From Patescibacteria group bacterium (GTDB lineage: Bacteria; Bacillota; UBA4882; JAAYXC01), in contig JBLNBS010000070.1 of the NCBI GenBank assembly GCA_050260175.1, positions 3,379 to 67,378 of the forward strand: a stretch of DNA of 64,000 bases. Direction: 5' to 3'. Made by a program: the position numbers and the translations under genes. This document shows, one piece after another, positions 57,548 through 64,000 of the stretch (position 1 is its first letter; each line of letters opens with the position of its first letter). The notes beneath the pieces are model-generated. The model did not search any database. It saw nothing but the letters and a program-made list of their open reading frames with translations, and had not been told where the DNA came from.

Positions 57548-58720
57548 TTACGGAAACACGATCTTTAGATATTCCCGCTGCAGCTCGATCTCTTCCCCAA
57601 AAGTTGCGCCGGGTTTAGTGCGCACGAAGACGAGGTGGAGCTGCCGCCCCTTGAGCGACGCGATGCCCCCGGTGGCGCCGCCGGCTCCCGCGATTACGTA
57701 ATTGGCCACGGTGCGGCGGCAGACGATCGCTTCGCCCTTGCGCACGGCGGTGTCGAAACGATGGTCGGCCTCGCTTGCGTAGTACCAGTATTGCGTGATG
57801 TTACCGCCCAGGTAGAGGAGTTTGTCCGGATTGAAGGCGCTCTCGGCAGCGACGTTGCCGGGGTTCGTCACCTCGGCCAGGGACTTGCGCGCGCGGGCGT
57901 TCATAAAGCAACCCGGGTCAAGGGAGGCATGCACATAAACCCCGCCGGGCTCCGGCAGGTTGATGACGAGGACGAAGGGTTTCTTCCTCAGCTTGACCTG
58001 ATGGTCCCGGATGCGCGCCGCCTTGCCGTCCTGCTCCACGCCGACGGTGAAACCCGCGGTTACAGCACCGGCGGGCGGCGGGGCCGCGGTCCGGGCGGCC
58101 GGGATTTGGGAGGCGGCCGGCGGCTGAGTCTCGGTGGTGCCGGACTGGGGCGCCCGTGCCGGCTTGTCCCCGGCGCCGGCCGGTTTCCCCGCGCTCAGCT
58201 TAAAACTGCGGCAGATCTGGTCGAAGGCCTTGCGGAACCGGCCGAAGCTCTCGGGCGTGGCCGAGCAGGTGATGGTGTAACAGGTCTTGCCCGCGAGGAT
58301 GGCGTAGGCCAGGTTCTTGAGCTTGACCTGGCCCATGCGGTGGCTGTAGACGAGCCAACCGGCGGGGAGGTCCGAGAGATCGATCCGCCCCTCCTCATGG
58401 CCCTGGAAATCCGTGAGATATTTCTTCATCTCAGCGACGGAGGCCGCCATGTACGCGTCGATGCTGACAGCCTCCGGCAGCTCGTCGAGGATGACGTTCA
58501 CGTTCTCGCGAAAGGTGTCGTTCCCGCTCTCCGCGGGGCTGATGGCGACGAGCGGCACGCCGAGGGGCCCCTTGGAAGCCTCCCAATCGGCCGGCAGCTC
58601 GAGGGAGAAGCCCAGCTCATCATCGTGATATACGCGCGTCCCGGCGGCCAGCGGCATGGCCGCGGCCAGGCAAACCAGGCATGCCGCCGCGATGAGCGGC
58701 CGGATCCACCTGCGGCGCAT
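57548..58720 (-). CDS. Secreted two-domain protein with an N-terminal DcrB/PsbP-like domain
   Basis: Signal peptide MRRRWIRPLIAAACLVCLAAAMPLAAG. RBS GGGGGAGGA. The domain assignment is tentative. Confidence 0.4.
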   Translation of the reverse strand: MRRRWIRPLIAAACLVCLAAAMPLAAGTRVYHDDELGFSLELPADWEASKGPLGVPLVAISPAESGNDTFRENVNVILDELPEAVSIDAYMAASVAEMKKYLTDFQGHEEGRIDLSDLPAGWLVYSHRMGQVKLKNLAYAILAGKTCYTITCSATPESFGRFRKAFDQICRSFKLSAGKPAGAGDKPARAPQSGTTETQPPAASQIPAARTAAPPPAGAVTAGFTVGVEQDGKAARIRDHQVKLRKKPFVLVINLPEPGGVYVHASLDPGCFMNARARKSLAEVTNPGNVAAESAFNPDKLLYLGGNITQYWYYASEADHRFDTAVRKGEAIVCRRTVANYVIAGAGGATGGIASLKGRQLHLVFVRTKPGATFGEEIELQREYLKIVFP

Positions 58721-58962
58721 TCCTCCCCCACCCCTTCCAGCCACGCGGCATTCGATGCCAGTATTCACCACGCCCGGGCCGACTCCTGCTTTTGGGGCGG
58801 GGGGTCTGGGCGCCCGCATGCATATCAGAGATGCGAAAACGAGTTCCATCTTTCACGCGAAGGCGCGATGCGCGAAAAAGAAGCATAGCCCATCGTGATC
58901 GGAGCCTGGCAGAATCAAGCCCCCACAACCTGGGGCATCAGGGGCGCGTGCGCGAGGCAAGG

Positions 58963-59370
58963 TTACAGGCCGGAGGTGAGATTGACCTGGCGGAGGACCT
59001 GGCCGGTGCCGGTCATCTTGCCGCCGTCCCTGGCTAGGTAAGGGTTGCCGTCGAAGAAAAAGAGCAAGATCGCGTACTCGTCCCGCAGCTTGACGGTGAG
59101 GCGCCGCATGCGGTCGATGAAAGGCTCGATGAGGCGCCTGTCCCCGGGTTGGCCCGAGGTGTAGCAGTTGATGGTGATGGTGTTGCCCGTGACCGTGTAC
59201 CCCGTGAGGGAAAAGCCCCCCCGCGGCACGCCGCGCATGGCGAAGTCACCGTAATTCGCGTAAGGCTCCTCGATGCCGATGAGCAGGGCGAGATCGACGG
59301 GGTGCACGAACTGGTTGTAGGCCAAAAAGGCCAGGACGGCGAGGATCAGGGTGATGACCACGGCTTTCAT
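58963..59370 (-). CDS. Small secreted/membrane-anchored hypothetical protein
   Basis: N-terminal signal/anchor helix. Weak call. Confidence 0.3.
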   Translation of the reverse strand: MKAVVITLILAVLAFLAYNQFVHPVDLALLIGIEEPYANYGDFAMRGVPRGGFSLTGYTVTGNTITINCYTSGQPGDRRLIEPFIDRMRRLTVKLRDEYAILLFFFDGNPYLARDGGKMTGTGQVLRQVNLTSGL

Positions 59371-59539
59371 GGCTATCCTTCCCGTGGAGCCGGATGGGGC
59401 CGCGCCAGGGGTGGTGGATGGTCCTATTAGAGTGTTCGAAGGGGGTGGGGAGTTTGAGGACGGGAGTACTCCCGGCAGGAACCCGTACCCTTCATCTGGA
59501 ATGCCTCCATCAGGGTTCTACGATCGGGAGGCGTGCAAC

Positions 59540-60679
59540 ATGATCCCCGGCATCCTCTTTTTCCTCCTCTTCCCCGCGGTCGCGCTCTGGCTCTGCCACC
59601 GTTTCCCGGTGCTGAACAAGGCCGGCGCCATCGTCATCTGCTACGCGGCGGGGCTGCTCGTCGGCAACCTCGGCCTCCTGCCCGCCGGCTTCCGCGGGGC
59701 GCAGGAGGCCATGCTCAACTACGCGGTCCCCATCGCGCTGCCGCTCCTCTTTTTCTCCCTCGACATCAGGCGCTGGTCCAGGCTGGCGGGGATCTCGCTC
59801 CTCTCGTTCCTTTTCATGTCCGTCGCGGTGCTGGTCGCAGCCACCGTTTCCTTCTTCATCTTCCGTGGCGTCATCGGGCCGGAGAGCTGGAAGGCACTGG
59901 GGATGCTCATCGGCTGCTACACCGGGGGCACCATCAACCTGGCGGCCATCGGCACGGCGCTGCGGACGGAGTCGAACCTCTTCGTCTCCGTCAACGTGGC
60001 GGATATGCTCGTCACACCGCTCTATCTCCTTTTGGCCATCACCGTGCTCCAGCGGCTGCTCCTCCTCGTCCTGCCGCCCTTCGCGCGGGGTGCCGCCGAG
60101 GCGGCGGCGGGCGAGGACGCCGATTTTACGAATTACGCTGGGATCCTCTCGGGCCGGAGGATCGTGGGGCTGGCCAAGGCCCTGGCGCTCGCCCTGGCGA
60201 TCTTCGCCATAGGCGGCGGCGCTTCGCTGCTCGTGCCGGCGTTCTCGCCGGTGGTGGCGATCCTCGTCATCTCCACGCTGGGGATCGCCTGTTCGTTCAT
60301 TCCCGCCGTGCGCAAGATCGAAAAGAGCTTCCAGTTGGGCCAATACTTCATCCTCGTCTTTTCCCTGGCTCTGAGCACCATGGCCGACGTGAGGCAGCTC
60401 CTGACCACGGCGCCCGCGGCCATGGCCATGGTGGGGACCATGGTCGCCATCGCCGCCGTTATCCACGTTTTCCTGGCCGCGGTCGCGAAGATCGACGCGG
60501 ACACGACGATCACGACCTCCATCGCGGGCATCTTCTCCCCGCCCTTCGTGCCCATGGTGGCGGCGGCGCTAAAAAACCGCGAGATGGTCGTGACCGGGGT
60601 CGTGACGGGGATCATCGGCTGGGTGATCGGGACCTATCTGGGGATCGGCTACGCCTACGTTTTGCGGCTCTTTGGTTAG
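59540..60679 (+). CDS. DUF819-family integral membrane protein
   Basis: Ten to twelve transmembrane helices. GGGAGG precedes the ATG at 59540. Confidence 0.5.
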   Translation: MIPGILFFLLFPAVALWLCHRFPVLNKAGAIVICYAAGLLVGNLGLLPAGFRGAQEAMLNYAVPIALPLLFFSLDIRRWSRLAGISLLSFLFMSVAVLVAATVSFFIFRGVIGPESWKALGMLIGCYTGGTINLAAIGTALRTESNLFVSVNVADMLVTPLYLLLAITVLQRLLLLVLPPFARGAAEAAAGEDADFTNYAGILSGRRIVGLAKALALALAIFAIGGGASLLVPAFSPVVAILVISTLGIACSFIPAVRKIEKSFQLGQYFILVFSLALSTMADVRQLLTTAPAAMAMVGTMVAIAAVIHVFLAAVAKIDADTTITTSIAGIFSPPFVPMVAAALKNREMVVTGVVTGIIGWVIGTYLGIGYAYVLRLFG

Positions 60680-60693
60680 CCGCGGTCACTCAA

Positions 60694-61803
60694 TTACAGC
60701 GCGCATGCAAAGATCCTGTAGACCTTGTACAGCTCCCCGCCGGCCCGTTCCGCGTCGCGCCGCATGGGCAGGTTCTCCTCCCTGATGGTGGAGCCCTCCA
60801 GCCATTTGTAGCCCTTGGCGGAACCCACTTCAAAAGTGCGCACGAAGATCGCGGCGGTCACGCCTTTGCCTCGCCACTCCGGCACGACAAAGAGGGCGAA
60901 GAAACGGAGGGCGTCGATCCGCCGCCGCCAGAGGAGGAACCTGATCCACCCCGTGGGAAAGAGCCTGCCGTGCAGGTGGATGAGGGCCTGGTTGAGGTCG
61001 GGCATGACCACGCTGAAGCCGATGGGTTCCCCATCCGCGCGGGCGATGTAGATCAGGTCCGGATCGGCGTAGGACTTTAGATCGCGCGCCATGTTCCGCA
61101 CCTCCTCGAGGGTGGGCGGCACGGCGTCGGGCCACTCGGGCATGGAGCGGTCGATGATCTGCTTGATGTCGCCGATCTCCCGCTCGAGCCGGGAGAGGTC
61201 CAGGCGGTCGAGGCGGAAACCATAACGAGACTGGGCGTATTGCACGGCGCGCGGGTTCTTGGGCATCCTGGGGAAATAGCGGTAGGCCAGCCAGTCGTAG
61301 TCCTTGGCCAGGCCGCAGCCCTCGAGGAGGCCGGCGTAGTAGGGCGGGTTGTACGAGTCCATGAGGACGGGCGGGGAGCCGTGGCCCTGGACCAGGAGGC
61401 CCCGGAAATCCTCGCTCCCGGTGGGCGAGACGGGCCCACGCATGCGGTCGCAGCCTTCCGCGGCGAGGAAGTCACGTGCCGCATCTATGAGGCCGCGCGC
61501 GATTCCCGGGTCGTCCTCGGCCTCAAAGAGGGCGAACCACCCGTCCCGGCGTCCCTTGCGCAGGTTCATGACCCCGTCGATCCCCGCCATGATCCTGCCC
61601 GCCGGCCGGCCGTCCCGGTAGGCGACGAAGAGCCGGTGCGGGCCTTTCTTGAGGTATCCGTTTCTTGACGGGTCTATCATCCGCTTCATCACCGCGGCGA
61701 GCGGCTGGACCCAGGCCGGATCGTTCGCGTAGACAGATTGGGGCAGGTGGAGAAAGTCGCGCCGCGTGCGGGCGTTCGAGACGGGAATGATGGTGATGCT
61801 CAT
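60694..61803 (-). CDS. GNAT-family N-acetyltransferase-like protein
   Basis: Acetyl-CoA binding motif VVPEWRGKGV in the C-terminal domain. Confidence 0.45.
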   Translation of the reverse strand: MSITIIPVSNARTRRDFLHLPQSVYANDPAWVQPLAAVMKRMIDPSRNGYLKKGPHRLFVAYRDGRPAGRIMAGIDGVMNLRKGRRDGWFALFEAEDDPGIARGLIDAARDFLAAEGCDRMRGPVSPTGSEDFRGLLVQGHGSPPVLMDSYNPPYYAGLLEGCGLAKDYDWLAYRYFPRMPKNPRAVQYAQSRYGFRLDRLDLSRLEREIGDIKQIIDRSMPEWPDAVPPTLEEVRNMARDLKSYADPDLIYIARADGEPIGFSVVMPDLNQALIHLHGRLFPTGWIRFLLWRRRIDALRFFALFVVPEWRGKGVTAAIFVRTFEVGSAKGYKWLEGSTIREENLPMRRDAERAGGELYKVYRIFACAL

Positions 61804-62268
61804 GAGGTACCTCCTGGCATAGGTGATCCCGTTCGCGGCCGAGAGCCGGGACGAGTCCGTCATGCTGAATGGCGTGCGATGTTGTCTTTATTGTAGCACT
61901 ACGGAAGGGCTTTGTCACAAGAACCGCCGTATGCACCTTGATACAGCGAACTCACCCTCTTCCCCCGCTCTTTCGCGGAGGCTTAATCCGCTCGATTCGC
62001 TTGATGGAGGATACAGGAACGCATATCCTCGAATATGTCGCCAAACATGCATCCGGGTCGGGCGCAATTTATTGCGCCCCAATACAAGACCGACGAATCA
62101 CGCAACGGCATCCCGTTCCTGTGTGGGGGTGCGGCATGCTGCACCCTTGGCCCAAATGCACGCCCGAAAAAGATCGACCACCACCCCGAATTGCGCCTCC
62201 GCGGAGGAGAAGGATCCGCCGCCCCCATTACGAATATCGCCGCTATGACGAAAAAGGAGGTCTCTCCT

Positions 62269-62538
62269 ATGTCCAGGATCACCGTCTCCCGCCCGACTCC
62301 CTCCGAGCTGGTCGCCCTCGGTACAGACGCCTGGGATTCCTGGTCCTGCGGCGTCTCGACTTTTCCCTGGCATTATGACAGCCAGGAGACCTGCTACGTC
62401 CTGGCCGGACGGGTCACGGTCGAGGCTGAGGGGGAAAAGGTGGAGATCGGCCCCGGGAACCTCGCGACCTTTCCCGCGGGGCTCGACTGCATCTGGCACG
62501 TGCACGAGCCGATCAGGAAGGTGTACAGGTTTGAGTGA
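62269..62538 (+). CDS. Small cupin-domain protein (DUF861-like)
   Basis: AAGGAGG RBS. Beta-barrel signature GRVTVEAEGEKVEIGPGNLATFPAG. Confidence 0.5.
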   Translation: MSRITVSRPTPSELVALGTDAWDSWSCGVSTFPWHYDSQETCYVLAGRVTVEAEGEKVEIGPGNLATFPAGLDCIWHVHEPIRKVYRFE

Positions 62539-63097
62539 CGGCAGGGGCCGCTACGTCTACGACTACCCCAGGCCCATGGCCACGGTGGACGTGGTGGTGC
62601 TGGCGGGGGATTTACCGGGACGCGATTCCGATAGGGGCGTACAGGTCTGCCCTCAGGCCCTCCTGGCCGGGCAGACTTTAGACCATCCTGGTCCTGAGCT
62701 GTGCGCCCCTGCGAAGAACGGCCGGGATAAAGGCCTGCGCGTCCTCCTGATCAAACGCCGCCGCGACCCTTTCACCGGCGCGTGGGCCCTGCCCGGGGGG
62801 TATCTCGACGAAAACGAGGATCCGGCGGCGGGCGCCGGGCGGGAGCTTTGGGAGGAAACGGGCCTCGAGGGACTGGCCCTGCGCGAGCTGGGTTTCTTCG
62901 GCAGGCCCGGGCGGGACCCGCGGGGCTGGACGATCACCCTGGCCTTTTGGGCCCTGGCGGGGGAGGGGGAGGTCCGCGCCGGGGACGACGCGGCCGAGGC
63001 GGCCTGGTTTCCCGCGGGCGCCTTGCCGCCGCTGGCCTTTGACCACGGGGAGATCATCGCCAGGGCAGTGGCGGCGATGTCCGCCGGTCCCGTGTAG
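62531..63097 (+). CDS. NUDIX hydrolase (start uncertain: TTG at 62531 or ATG at 62576)
   Basis: Nudix box GGYLDENEDPAAGAGRELWEETG. The start overlaps the cupin gene stop. Confidence 0.7.
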   Translation: MSDGRGRYVYDYPRPMATVDVVVLAGDLPGRDSDRGVQVCPQALLAGQTLDHPGPELCAPAKNGRDKGLRVLLIKRRRDPFTGAWALPGGYLDENEDPAAGAGRELWEETGLEGLALRELGFFGRPGRDPRGWTITLAFWALAGEGEVRAGDDAAEAAWFPAGALPPLAFDHGEIIARAVAAMSAGPV

Positions 63098-64000
63098 GGG
63101 CGCGATATATGCGCCCCATCCGTGGCGGCCTGGGGGGACCGGTGCGGCAAATGGAGCGGGGCGGGGGCTGAGCGGCCGGTCTTGGTATAAACAGGACCTA
63201 CAGCCGCGGCTGCGTAGGCCGGATGCTGATTTCGCCTATCTATACCGCCGGTTGCATCGTTGTCCGATCCACTTAACCGGCTTTTCATCGACGGCAGGCT
63301 GAAGCCCACCGCTATTATGTGCAAGCCCTTCGGGCTGGGTTGGAGGAGCATCCTTTGGCCCTCCACGGGCAGCATCTCACGCAATTGCTCTTTATGTAAG
63401 AGAGCGGTGGTATCTCAACGCCGTGTGAGCGGCTGACTCGCGCCCCGCGACTCGTGACTATCTTTTTTCGGGGCCGTCATTCTTTGACGGTCTCGTTTGT
63501 TATTGTTGACATGTCGCGGAAGATTGGCAGGAATCGGGAGCGGGTGGGCGAATTTTCCGATATTGGGGCTGGATGTTATGGGCCGACGCCGGCCTAAAGA
63601 CCGGCGCTAATCTCACGAAGGGCCGTGAACGGCCCTGGGAACGGATGGACCGGATCACCCATGGAGGGGTTCGTGCGATTAGCCCCGAGCCCCGAGCCCC
63701 GAGTTTTAACCCGGGGCGGCGAAATCGCAAGAGCACGGCAACGATCTGGATGCGCTGGCGGCCCATTTGCGCAATGAAAATACTCGAGAAAGGCGCGACG
63801 CGGTCGATCTTCGCTCGATGCGGCGGGGATTCTCGGTGGGCGAGGAACCGGGAATGCCTTATGATCCACGGGGTAGCGGGAACCTGGTGATGGACACGAC
63901 CGGGACCGGGGACTGACCCGCGATCTGTGACTCTCTCCGCCAGGCGATAAATGGCCTGGCTGGGTTAAATGCGGCTGAAGGCCCCGCGTCCGTGCGGGGG

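Overview
This is a 64-kb, high-GC (roughly 65%) chromosomal segment. It probably comes from a spore-forming Firmicute: it carries SpoIID-like and SLH-domain genes, a murT/gatD pair, a Gram-positive Cheo-type LexA box in front of dinB, and two tandem YjcZ-like tiny glycine-rich membrane peptides.

Most of the window is ordinary housekeeping and envelope content, with the first ORF (the uvrA 3' end) and the last regions running into the window edges. Recognisable genes include uvrA (3' end only), an EamA transporter, a LysR regulator, purA, dinB, a Ski2-like helicase, a LemA-TPM-TPM triad, RtcB, YbaK, a fused membrane/spermidine-synthase gene, gatD-murT, a DRG-like TGS GTPase, two ABC exporter half-genes, and a GH84/GPH-symporter/GH2 sugar cluster.

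Three things stand out:
- A ~14-kb integrated element sits in the 3' end of tRNA-Lys(TTT), between 50-bp attL and attR direct repeats. It carries an integrase, three excisionase-family HTH genes, a replication-initiator-like gene with internal iterons, a tape-measure protein, an HK97-fold capsid-like protein, two tail-fibre-assembly-like proteins, a low-GC cargo gene and at least six small zinc-ribbon proteins. It has no recognisable terminase, portal or protease, so it looks like a phage satellite (PICI-like) or a degraded prophage.
- A 5'-truncated RHS/YD-repeat toxin gene ends in a low-GC C-terminal toxin tip, followed by a low-GC membrane immunity gene.
- A perfect three-copy ~104-bp tandem repeat with strong internal hairpins lies in an intergenic region.

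Many long ORFs in the track are antisense artefacts of the GC-rich sequence and were not called.
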